The translations under genes and the position numbers were made by a program. This document shows positions 52,513-64,000 of a stretch of DNA of 64,000 bases, piece by piece (the stretch's first letter is position 1; each line of letters starts with the position of its first letter). The notes below the pieces were generated by a model. It saw only the letters and a program-made list of their open reading frames with translations. It ran no database searches and had not been told where the DNA came from. Source of the DNA: Camelus ferus (Eukaryota). The stretch covers positions 12,836,001 through 12,900,000 of the forward strand of contig NC_045698.1 in the NCBI RefSeq assembly GCF_009834535.1. Direction: 5' to 3'.

Positions 52513-52572
52513 ACTGGAATTTGACACAACACTGTAAAATGATTATAAATCAATAAAAAATGTTAAAAAAAA
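52513..52572 (+). mobile_element. ~60-bp 3' terminus of the same L1 subfamily as the 21-25 kb copy
   Basis: actggaatttgacacaacactgtaaaatgattataaatcaataaaaaatgttaaaaaaa is near-identical to the reverse complement of ~21206-21265. Confidence 0.85.
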
Positions 52573-55226
52573 TGTAAGGCAAAGTTGATTCTAAAGAATA
52601 ATAAATACCACTGGTACCAAGGAAATATTTTAATAGCAGATCAGCACATAAATACATATATCCATTTTGGATGTTTAATTCTAATTCAGAACATTCACTT
52701 TTTTTGTGTAATACTGCTGTTGTCTTGTTGCTTTCTTAGTGTGAGTAATTGATCTGGGGGTTCTGGTTTGCCATCAGTCTAAGGGCTGAATGTGATTGGA
52801 TGAACATGAGGAAAAATGGAAGAGAAATGGAAGGGGAGTATTGACATAGACAAATGAAACATTAAAAAATGGGAGGATCATTATTCAGAAAGCAAACGCC
52901 AGTATTTCATTAGTTTGAAAGCTTTGGCTCTTAAGTCTTCAGTCAAAATTAGTTTAGTTAGAAAATAACCTCTTTGGCAGAACTTCTATCAGATAGACCT
53001 CTACCTACAGCAATATTTCTAAATAATGACATTTCATATACGTTTATTCCTTTGGAGTTTTAATTGGTCATGAAAAACTTCAGTGCCTATTATAATATTC
53101 TTTTCCCCACTCTTTCTTTTCCTTTTTTTTTTTTTTAAACAAAGTGCTCTTACCAAATAATCTGAAATTGACTCATCGTTATCAATGTTGATAATTACGA
53201 CCAGTTTTGTTCCTCCTAGGGATATTTGAATTTTATGGAAATCAAAACTTACATATTGGTAGTAAATTGTTGATGCTAGTCTAGTCGTTTTTTTTTTTTT
53301 TTTTTGAGCAGTGTTCTCAGTATAACAGGGAGAATGAAAGTGTGCGTTTTGAATTGTTTATGAAGAAGTGGTGATGGGGTACTCTGGATGTGTTTCCTTT
53401 TCTACTCTTTGGTTCCTCTTGTCTGTGACCCTGCAGTTAAAGACCTTGACCATATAAGACATCTTCTACAGCAACAAATTTAATGGCCTCAGATGCTAAT
53501 TGGGACATGGATATGAATTATAAGACTCAGGAACAAACCTTGAGTGTCTTCCATGTATTGTGTATGTTCATCACAAATAGACGGAACAATTGCATAGTTG
53601 AATGAAATGAAAAAATAAAATAATATAGACCAGTGACTTTATGATTTCAAAATAATTCTAAACTGTTTTCATGAATAATAATCAGACCCTCAGTGCAAAT
53701 TCAATTTCTAGTTAGATCGTGAAACTCTGACATGGAGAGAAGAAAGAAGAAGGTGTGCTGGCTGGGTGCTGTGGTGCGAGAAGTTGGAGGCTGGGCTAAG
53801 GGCAAGTGTACTTGCCTTTGAAAGTTGAGTATAGGTCTGCACCCTCACCTGTGCAATCGGGGCTGTTCTGCCATCCATTCTGCTACTTGTCCCTCCCCTT
53901 CTCTCTTCTAGGGCTCTCCTGCCTTACTGCTCAAAAGATTTCTCATTGCTGGGCACTTGCTTCCAATTCAAGGGAGCACCTGACTCATTTGGAGAGGTGT
54001 TGTCCTCCAGAGGAATGGAGTTCCTCAAAACTTAGAAAACAAAAAGATTGACACCACCATCCTTACAATGACATCTGTATACATGGGGAAGATGAGATTT
54101 GTGCACTGGTTTAGAAATCAAAGTGTAATTTATAATACTTGTTTCCATAGGAAAATGTGGTCTGAGGTTTATTTAGCTTCAAAGCATTTTTGGAACATGA
54201 CATATTGGTGAGTTGGAGATAATGATTTAGAATTCAGATTTAAATAGAAATTAATTGGCAGAAATGTCTGCAACTCTTTATACTATAGTCCAGATATAAT
54301 TATTTTACTTACTTTCCTTCATAAGTGTACATTTAAATTAAAATAAATAATACTCAAACATCTTTATTAAAGCAAATTTTGTCTTTATTCAATTGAAGAA
54401 AGTAAATTAAAAAATGTAACTACAAGAACAAAGTTCCATGGTTTACATAAGCTTTTTCCATAGTCTATTATTATTATGGCCTTTAAATATATCTAAATCA
54501 CAATTGCTGTTTGAAAGTTAACCAACATAGGACATTCTCACATTCTTGCCAAATTCCAAAACAGGGAAAAAACATTTGGGCTGAAAAATCAGACTATACA
54601 TGTTCTAAAAAAGCCATTTGTAAGTCATTTTCACTCCCCAATGCTTTAATTTACTAAACAATGATTTAGGATGGTGCACTGAATACTTAAGAACTATGCA
54701 GATTAAAAAATACTTAAAAACCAAAAACCGAAACTCCGGTGAAACCAAATTCTGAAGGTAAACTCTAGTCAGCAAGTTTTCCTCTAGTGTGAAATACAGT
54801 AATCCTTTCCCAATGCTGAGGTCATCGTTCTATCCTTATAGGAGAAGTCCCATTGAATATGTTAAGCTGCATTAGAAAAACAGGCTAGAGGGTCAATGAC
54901 TAATTCTATAAAGGCAAATGGAGATATTCTGATTTTCACTCAAGTAAAATAATAAATAACAAAATTAAGTGAATTTCAATACTACTCTCTGTACTGTAAA
55001 ACAATAGGAAGTATGCTACCAATTTTAATTTATCTCCTCTTGGTCCATAGGAACTTTCAGAATTTTTCTCCCCCAAAGTTTATTAATGTGTGTGTGTGTG
55101 TATGTTTCATAATGTCGGTAATCAAAGTCTTTTTTTCCTTACATTTACATCTCAGATGTGTTGGCTCAAAATTCCCATTTCATCCAGTCAACGATCCCAG
55201 ACAAAGAATAACTTGGATTCTTGAGA

Positions 55227-55231
<5 letters not shown>

Positions 55232-55262
<31 letters not shown>
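55232..55262. repeat. (CA)n microsatellite
   Basis: About 15 perfect dinucleotide units. Confidence 0.97.
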
Positions 55263-55265
<3 letters not shown>

Positions 55266-55670
55266 GCAGGGTAGATTTTCTTAACTTTCTTAGCAGAATC
55301 AGGGCATTTTTGGACCCTGTACTCATAGATAGATATTTTCCATGAAAACTCCATTCTGGAGCTTGTGCCGTGATGCTTTGCTACGCACTTTCTGGCTTCC
55401 TCCATTTCAACAGAGCAATAGATACAATTCTAAGACTAGAGCTTGCTTTCCTATGTCCTGACAAGCAGTGGTGAAGTTCCTAAGAGGCAGTTCCTACTGA
55501 AACCACTAGACAGGCTTGCCACACTCCAGTGTAAGGGGACAATGTGCCCGAATGGATTTAGACAGTTGTTATTAACAGCACAGAGGACAGCATGGGCTTC
55601 CTGTCTGCATCACTTCCCCTGGTCCTCTAGTCCCCAGCGTGGTGATATGGGGCTGCCCACACAGTGGGTC

Positions 55671-56179
55671 TGTTACCAAGTCCAAGCTCATACTGCTCAC
55701 TGCACAACAGGCCAACAAATCTGGAGGCGAGTTGTTGGGGCAAGGAATAGCAACTTTCTTCAGAAAGGCAGCTCACTGAGAAGATGATGGACTAGTGCCC
55801 CAAAGAACCATCTTACTTGAGTTAGAATTCAGGCTTATTTTATGCTAAAAAGGGATGGGGAGGGTGTGGTTGGTTGTTGCAAACTTCCTGGTGTTGGAAT
55901 CCTTAGTTTTTGCAGCTGTCCCCATACATTGGGTCACAATGTTCCTGTAAACTTCCAAGACAAATGTTTCTCTCTGTTCTGCAACAATTTATCTCTATAT
56001 GAATGGAAAAGTGTTAGATCCTTAAAGGTCAGAGCCTTGAGAATGGGTTATCAGTCTATAGGCAACAGTCTTTTACAAAAGGTGCAGAACTAGCATGACT
56101 AAGCACAGGAAACAGAGCACAGGGTTAGAGCTAAAGGAACAGATCTAATATGGAGTGAGATTTGTTCTTCCCAATTGCA
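55671..56179 (-). mobile_element. ERV1 solo LTR (MER41-like, cetartiodactyl type) nested in an older LTR-like element (~55450-56330)
   Basis: TG...CA termini, 509 bp, 4-bp flanks GGTC/GATC; resembles recalled artiodactyl MER41-type LTR sequence. Confidence 0.7.
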
Positions 56180-59100
56180 GATCCTTGCTACACTTGAAGA
56201 ACACTGACCTCAAGAAAGCCCCCATCTTAGAAGGAGACTGCTAGCCTCTGCCTGTCCTTTCCTCTACAGGCATCATCTTTATCATCCTGGAATGTGTCAG
56301 GAAATAGGAAGGCTTTATAGCCCTGAATTTAAGCAAATGTGACCCCTGTTCTGAAGCAGCTTTGCAAATAACCTTGTAAAAAGTTGTCGGTGCCTTTTGT
56401 TCAGAAGATGTGCAGAAATAGCAGATCCTTGAAGAATTACCTCCCTACGTTATCTTTCTTCTTTACAGAAACTTTACTCCTGTTTTGCATTTTGCATTAT
56501 TTTATGTATTACAGAAACAGCATTTTGTTGTTGTCCTAATTATTCTCCAAGGCAGCATTTCTCATTTTACTCATTTACTGACTAGAAATAAATGCTGGCA
56601 TTTGAGGTAAAGGGATTTTGCAATTAAGAAGGACTAAAAAAAGTATTTTTTTCTTGATCAAAATACTTAACTCTGATTAATTTTTTATGTTGGGGCAACG
56701 TTAGCGGGGTATTTGACTTTACAGATGGAGACAAATTTGGAAGTATGTGTGCCACTTTGGAAAATGCTAATATGATGATGACTTTAAAGAAGTATAGCAA
56801 TCCATGTATCCCTAAAGAAGGATCGAGAAAAAGAGGTTATGTGAAATTAACAAATACTAAGTTACTAGGTACAAATTCATATTTTCTTACCTCTGTAGCA
56901 CCTGAACTCAATCTCAGGTTATATCACGTCACCATGAAGTGTGTTTTTTGATTAAATATTCTTCCCAATGGCCAGATGTCTCAGGATTATGTGGCAGCCA
57001 CGCTCCATGCCTTGCAACCAAACACCCCTGGGATGGAAGTTAGAATTGCATGAGTCTAGCAGAGAGCACTCACATATCCCCCATTGGCAGAGTTTAGAAA
57101 TGCTTTTGATTGGTGAGTTCCCAAAACATCTGGCAAAAAAACTTGCTCATATTGGTACTTTTGCCTTTAGACTCTTGAGAATTTTTACAAATGCCTAACT
57201 TCATCTACGTGGAAGCTCAGAATGAATACTTGAAGAGAATCAAAATGTCGGAATGTGTTCCTTGTTTCAAATTTGGTTAGGCAGTTGAGCCAAGGATCTT
57301 TAGGATCTTAATATTTCTCAGTATTGGAAACTTGCTGTTTAGGCACAAAGCTAGATTTTAGGCGCCAGCAAAGAAGATATTTGCTGTTCCACGAAGCAAG
57401 CAGTGGCCAATACATTATTCTGGTTCTCAGGAGGTGGGGTCATGCATAATAACTTACCTGGTCTTTCCTTTTCTAACAGCAATTGGACGCAAAAGCACCT
57501 CTGCTAAGGAACTGATTCTGGGAGGGCTCTGATGGGTGCGCTGGAGGATGAACGGGTCATTGCGATGAAGACTGCATTCTCTCTGAACTTTAGGGACTTT
57601 ATGAAGGGCTAAATGTCAAGCCAGAATAATTGTAGGGATTAGTCCTTCTCTCTCAGCAGCAGCCTCCAAAAGCTTAAAGATGTGAGCTTATACTTACATG
57701 ACCTTGGGAAAATTGTTCTCTGTTTATCATCCATAAGTGAAGGGTATAATGTCACCTTTTTTGAAGTGAATCAATGATGAGATTGAATGTGTTCACTAAT
57801 GAGAAGAGGGTTTGGAAATATGTAATGCGGTGCATAATTATTAAGTATAATTAAGGAGGCAGTACAATCCTCAATAAAGTCTAAATATTATATTTAAACA
57901 TAAAATCCTAATTAGAATTTTACATTTGAAATACTCAGTTACATTACTATGCATTCCTAAAAGGATGCTTCATTTAGACATTACAAAAGAATGTCACATG
58001 TACCAAAATACAAGGTCATGAACCCCTGTTCTTAAAAACAGATGCATTATGAATCTGGAATATATGTGTCACAGTCATTAAGTTTATAATAATATGACAG
58101 TGCTGATGTTAAGATTTCATCACAGTTAACCCAGGAAAGAATATTTTGTGTAAGATCATTGACATGTGGTCAGCTTGAAATTAGAGCTTCTCAGTGGCAT
58201 GAAAATTGTGGTTCTGTAACGGGTAACACAATCAGACTAAATTAAATCTTGCTAAAACCACATTGTGTAAGGGTACTTGTGCTTGATTTTGTTTATTCTG
58301 GACACCGCAATCTTGACTTTAATGGTTAAGGAGGTTCCACCCACTCTAATGCAGTATAGGAGCATGGGTGGATTCAAATTGCTTACACGTAATTCGATAG
58401 AAATGCTACATGCAGCTTACTTGATTATCAGATGTATATGTACATGCAATTGTAGGACAGCCATTACCAGAATACAGTGCAACAGTGACCTCATACCTCC
58501 GATTTCAACATGAAAACTGGTAGATGCCCTGTTTTTCAGATTAGGAGCAAGACTGGGATCTTTCTAGAGAAATTCCCTCACTGCCTGAATTGTAGAGGTA
58601 CCACAAAGACCTATTCAATACCATTCTGGCTTCCCAGTTCCATTTAAAGGCAAACTTCAGAGTTCCCTCAGTGCTCAAGGGAGACCACGCATTTGCCTGT
58701 TTGTGCTCTTAGTGCTGCCATAACACAGCTCTCCTGAAAGCTGTCCCCATGCCATTCAGTGTGGGGACAACACATGCAGGCTGGCACACACCCTGCCCAC
58801 CCTGAGGTTGGAGGGATTCGTTCTTGGACTTCTCCAGTCAGGGTCGCTGGTTAATACTCACATACTCAGACATTCTCCCTGGAGCATGGGTTCTGAGCCA
58901 GGATGGCCCATCCAGGCTGGGCTTCCGGCCACAGCTGCTCATATTCCCAGAACCAACCCTGGAACCGCAGCCCTGATCTTCCTCCCTCATGCTGGAGTTC
59001 CCTTTGGGGGCCCGGATGTCCCTTTCTGCTACCATAGTTGGGATGATCTCAGTCTATCAGGGAGCGTTCTCATTTCTACTGCTATGTTATTAAATCTTGG

Positions 59101-59699
59101 TCCTGGTTCAGGAGCAATGAGAGAAACCTCAGCTCTTGACAAAAAACACATTTTCCATTTATAAATCTAATTTGTCAGCATCGATGAAAGATATGACTCT
59201 TGAATATTTGTATCTGCTGGATTTCATTAAGGAGATTTTGAGGAATTGGTGGGGGTGAGGAGGGTATGAGACCATGAAGGGCAATTTCCCAACATGGAAG
59301 AAAAGTCACACTTTCACCATTAGTTCAGTAACTTTCTCAGGGTAGGAAAAGAAAAGATTCTGTTTGAAAGTGACAGAGCCCTGGAACTCTCGTCCAAGGA
59401 ACTGGAAATAACTTGTCAGTATTTTTCTGTTTGTTTGTTTGTGCTCCAAATTCATTTTTGGTAATAGTGGAAGCAATCTGAAACGAAATACAACACTTAA
59501 AGCAAATGAAACGAAAGTAAATGCCAGCAGTAAATGGCAAGAAAAAAAACAATTCAGTGTATTCTTCAGAAATCCTGTCTCTTGGGACTGAGTGTTGAAA
59601 GTTTCTTATTCTTATTTTTGAAACTTTACAATCATGACGCTATCCATTGATGTTAAAATTAATTCTGTTACTTCGTGTCAATTTGTTCTCTTAATAGGA

Positions 59700-59885
59700 C
59701 AAGTTTGGCCTCAACTAGACCTGAGCTCAGATCAAATCCCTTAATTTCTCTGAGATATTTTCTTTTTTCCTTAGATTTAAAGTGGGAAAAAAAATTCTTG
59801 TAATTATGAGGATTAAAGAGAACGCATCATACTGGACTTTTCCTGTGTGGTGGGCACTTAACCCATGGTAACAACTCTGATTATT
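59700..59885 (+). mobile_element. MIR fragment
   Basis: ccttaatttctctgag...ttgtaattatgaggattaaagagaacgcat. Confidence 0.5.
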
Positions 59886-60419
59886 ATATCTGATATTGGT
59901 ATAATAATAACAGTTTGTTTTAATCTTTGAGGAATTAGTTATTCCTAACCTTTATGGTAAATGCTACTAAACAGAGGTTTTAAGTTCAAGTATCCAAAGT
60001 TGTTAGAACAACAATATTTGACAGTAACATCATCATAATCAAAATGGAAAACAAAGCCATCTGGCAATAAATAAAGATGTTCGCAGCCTCTGTGAAACAT
60101 GTATATGCTAGAGGTTAAATTGAATTGGAATCACTTTGGGAGTCAGCGTTTATAATGGAACTAAGGAGTTTCTAATAGAGAAATGTTGAAATAGACACAA
60201 TTTGCTAGGAACAATGCCTACAATTAGGAAGAATTTCAGTGCCTGGCATCTTCTTCAATTTCTGTGTTTCTTTGAAACCTCTATTGCTTGCCTTCTACAT
60301 TACTCCTTATATCTTTTTCTTATGGATAAATTTAAGTATTTTTCTTTGAATTCTATCTTCCTATTAATTGTGCTTTTGTCTAATGGATTTCCGTTGACCC
60401 TCCCGTAATGGGTATTTTA

Positions 60420-60950
60420 ACAACAATTTAACAAATATTTATTTGACACCTTCTGTAAACCAACATTGTTCAAAGTCCTAGGACACATATATAAATAAAA
60501 TTTGGTCCCTGCTGTCAGAGAAGTTGGTTTACTTTGAGGGACATCCAGAAAACAAGTGATCTTACCATAATAATACAATTTGATAGTAACATAATATCTT
60601 AGGGTGACGTGGATGGGGAAAAAGTCAGAAAATGTTTCTTGGAGGAAAATGAAGCTCTGCTCAGTCTTTATGAATAAAAAGTTTATAAGGCAGGGAAGCG
60701 TAGGGCTTGAGTTCCCAGAATAGGGAACAGTATGAACAAAATTACAGAAGCTGGTACGTGGGTGATGTGTGTGGCAAACTGAAAATATAGTTTGTAAAGG
60801 GCAGGGTTAGGAGTTGCAGGAGATAAAGCTAGAGAGAAACTAACACGTGAGACAAGGAGGATCCTGGGTATGAGGCTAAAGTGCTTCAATTTCATCTCAG
60901 AGACAATGGGAAGGACTTAGAAGGACAGGGTAACTAAGGAATGACATTTT
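60420..60950 (-). mobile_element. L2 3' fragment
   Basis: atttaacaaatatttatttgacacc...tggtccctgctgtcagagaag...gacaatgggaagg. Confidence 0.7.
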
Positions 60951-61261
60951 ATTTAGTGTTCATAAGTGCTGAGTGGCGGTCACCATGCAAACTAACTCTG
61001 ATCCCATACTAAAGACATGGAGAGTTCAGAAAGACCTTGATGAGTATAGAACGAAGTATTCAACATCTGTATTAAACCCATCATACATATCCCATCCCAT
61101 TCACCTAAAGCCCAGTATCCCCTGAGAAAAATCCAGAGAACTCACTCTTCACCAAGGATCTGAGAAAGTATTGAGGAAAACACACATTTTATGTAGAATA
61201 ACTCTTTACTCATCGCTTCTAAGCTAGAAATGCTGGTGGAATACTCTACAAATGAAATGGA

Positions 61262-61795
61262 CCGTTAGCTTGGATTCTCCCAGAGAGAAGAGCCTACAGG
61301 AAAAGCTTCTATTAGGGAATGCAGAACCAAAAAAGCAGTGGTGAGGCAGAGAAGAAGGGAGAATAAATATCAGGATGTGACAACAAATTGGTCACTGTTC
61401 AGTACCACATCAAACTGACAACTGGGTCTTTTAGGAATGTCTTATGACTACATCACAGAACAGTCCATCCAGGAAGATGAAGGGGGAAGAATTTATTCAT
61501 CAACTCCTGTCTCCCTTGCCCTTCTTCATTTTGTATTTGAAGTCCTCAAGACTGTATACATGGTTTCACATCTAAAATTTCACAGGGAAACCCTTGGGCA
61601 GGAAATGAGTCACATGTGGTGATGCTGGCATGAGGTAATACACTGTTGGGCTATATTAACACGAGGTTAGTCGGAACCCACACAGACAGGGTCACTTCTG
61701 TTGTGGCCTGGTGGAGATGGTTGTGGTCAATGTCCCCAGAGACAGCTGAGGCTGAGAAGAATCTGCAGACTCTATATGGGCACCTCGAGGTCAAC
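61262..61795. mobile_element. ERVL-class LTR (LTR16-like), degenerate
   Basis: tggattctcccagagagaagagcct...gaagaatttattcatcaactcc...gctgaggctgagaagaatctg. Confidence 0.5.
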
Positions 61796-62013
61796 AAGGG
61801 TGAGACAATCACAGTGTGGCAGAGATGGGTAGGCGCGTATTGCCATCAAGGGCTAAGTGGGTATGATTTCCCAACAGAATGTGAGAGGCATTATAATTAG
61901 ACCTCTGAGATTTGTATAACCTGCTGGGCTCTTTCACGTAGGCTATCTGATGGCAAGGTATCTGGGAGCGATACTGATGGTCAGCTCAAGATCCTCTTTC
62001 TTCAGTTGTTTTA

Positions 62014-62147
62014 TTTTTGGGGGGTAGGGGGATGGAGGTGATTAGGTTTTTATTTATTAACTTTTTTTTTTAATGGGGGTACTGGGAATTGAACCCAGGA
62101 CCTCATGCATGCTAAGCATGTGCTCTACCACTGAGCTATACCCTCCT
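62014..62147 (-). mobile_element. tRNA-derived SINE (camelid Vic-1-like)
   Basis: Reverse complement reads ggagggtatagctcagtggtagagcacatgcttagcatgcatgaggtcctgggttcaattcccagtacc plus tail; same family as 13017-13141. Confidence 0.92.
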
Positions 62148-62160
62148 TCCTTCAGTTTTA

Positions 62161-63600
62161 TTTTTTTTTAATTGAAGTATCGTCAGTTTACAATGTTGTG
62201 TCAATTTCTGGTGTACAGCATAATGCTTCAGTCATGCATATACATATGTATATTCATTTTTATATTCTTTTTTATTATAGGTTACTACAAGATATTGAAT
62301 ATAGTTCCCTGTGCTATACAGTATAAACTTTTTATTTATATATTTTATATATATTAGTTAGTATCTGCAAATCTCAAGCTCCCAATTTATCCCTTCCTAT
62401 GCCCTTTCCCCTCTGGTAACCATAAATTTGTTTTCTATGTCTGTGAGTCTGTTTCTGTTTTTTAAATAAGTTAAGGTGTATTTCCTTTTTTTTTAGATTC
62501 CACATATAAGTGATATCATATGTTTTTTTTCTTTCTCTTTCAGGCTTACTTCACTTAGAATGACATTCTCCAGATCCATCCATGTTGATGCAAATGACAT
62601 TATTTTATTATCTTTTATGGCTAAGTAGTATTCCGTTATATAAATATACCACAGCTTCTTTATCCAGTCATCTGTCGATGGACATTTAGGTTGCTTCCAT
62701 GTATTGGCTATTGTAAATAGTGCTGCTATGAACATTGGGGTGCATGGTCTTTTTGAATTAAAGTTCCCACTGGATATATGCCCAGGAGTGGGATTGCTGG
62801 ATCATATAGTGAATCTATTTTTAGTTTTTTGAGGAATCTCTATATTGTTTTCCATAACAGCTGCATCAGACTGCATTCCCACCAGCAGTGTAAGAGGATT
62901 CCCTTTTTTCCACACCCTCTCCAGCATTTATCTATCATTCATGGACTTTTGAATGATGGCCATTCTGACTAGCGTGAGGTGATACCTTATTGTAGTTTTA
63001 ACATTCATTTCTCTGATAATTAGCGATATTGAGAATTTTTTCCATGTGCCTATTGGCCATTTGTATGTCTTCATTGGAGAATTCCTTGTTTAGGTCTTCT
63101 GCTCACTTTTGGATTGGGTTTTTTTTTTTTTTTTTGGTTGTTGTTATTAAGTTTATATATTCTAGAAATTAAGCTGTTTTCAGCCTCATCTTTTGCAAAT
63201 ATTTTCTCCCATTCCATACGTAGGTTGCTGTTTTGTTTTGCTTATGGTTTTCTTTGCTGTGCAAAAGCTTGTAAGTGTAATTAGGCCCCATTTGCTTATT
63301 TTTGATTTTATTTCTATTGCTTGGGTAGACTGCCCTGGGAGAACATTGCTGAGATTTATGTCGGATAATGTTTTGCCTACGTTTTTTCCTAAGAGGTTTA
63401 TACGGTCTTGTCTTATGTTTAAGTATTTAACTTAGCATTAACTTAAACATTTTGAGTTTATTTTTGTGTATGGTGTGAGGGAGTGTTCTAGCTTCATTGA
63501 TCTACATGCTGCTGTCCAGTTTTCCCAACACCATTTGCTGAAGAGACTGTCTATACTCCATTGTATATTCTTGCCTCCTTTGTCAAAGATTAATTGACCA
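62161..63600 (-). mobile_element. 5'-truncated camelid-type L1 (~1.44 kb), more decayed than the 21-25 kb copy
   Basis: ORF2 C-terminal peptides ([30 protein letters not shown]), 3' UTR, poly-T; TSD TCAGTTGTTTTA at 63604-63615. Confidence 0.95.
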
Positions 63601-64000
63601 CCATCAGTTGTTTTAATATAAGCATCCCAACTCCCATGAATAGAGATCGGGCTTGAGTAAGCATAATGGACGTTATATGGCCCTTCTCCCAATATGATAA
63701 ATCCTCAGTATGTTCAGAGACACAGAATGTTCTGAAGGGAGAAAACAATTGTGTTTCCTTAGGGAAGAGCCTTATAACATGACAAAAATATTCTGGAAAC
63801 CTTTCTTTAATCTTCCCCATATGGTTTTTGTTCATTTGCATAGATGATGGATAGTGTAAATGGAAAACATCCAAGCTTTTCAGGAGTGATTGGTGTTGGC
63901 TCTTAAGTAACACAAATGTCTCAGGACTCAGAACATCAGAAGATCAATGTAGCTTTGACTGGAGTCCAAACTGCAAGAAGCTAACTGGGACCCTACCCAT

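Noticed and set aside
58808..59164. 118-aa ORF in locally GC-richer DNA
   Set aside because: TTG start, no recognisable motifs; longer ORFs are expected by chance at higher GC
63438..63913. Apparent chimeric ORFs joining unique sequence to L1 ORF2
   Set aside because: Read-through across the L1 5' truncation junction; the L1 part stops within about 55 codons
1..64000. CRISPR arrays, rRNA, NUMT, CpG island, prokaryotic operons
   Set aside because: None seen; the sequence is typical repeat-rich, CpG-depleted mammalian DNA

Overview
AT-rich, CpG-depleted mammalian genomic DNA, most likely from a camelid (alpaca, llama or camel). This rests on two tRNA-derived SINEs resembling the camelid Vic-1 type, cetartiodactyl-type L1 3' ends, and no Alu, B1, Bov-tA/BovB or PRE1 seen. 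I recognise no host protein-coding gene; the window looks intergenic or deep intronic. It is dominated by repeats: a young 4.0 kb 5'-truncated L1 with a perfect 16-bp TSD and an ORF2 broken only by three 1-nt indels, several shorter L1 copies (two with twin-priming-type inversions, one sharing its target site with a SINE), old L1M/L2/MIR, MaLR/ERV LTRs and hAT DNA transposons. The most notable non-repeat signals are (i) a dense TALE/HOX motif cluster at ~39.2-39.45 kb with two perfect PBX-MEIS/PREP decamers 25 bp apart, and (ii) a possible unannotated or pseudogenised minus-strand spliced transcript at ~1-12 kb, with a well-formed terminal exon/polyA site and an upstream CRE-containing region. 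Repeat family names come from recalled consensus sequences, not a search, and old-element boundaries are approximate. I found no convincing novel multi-gene system.
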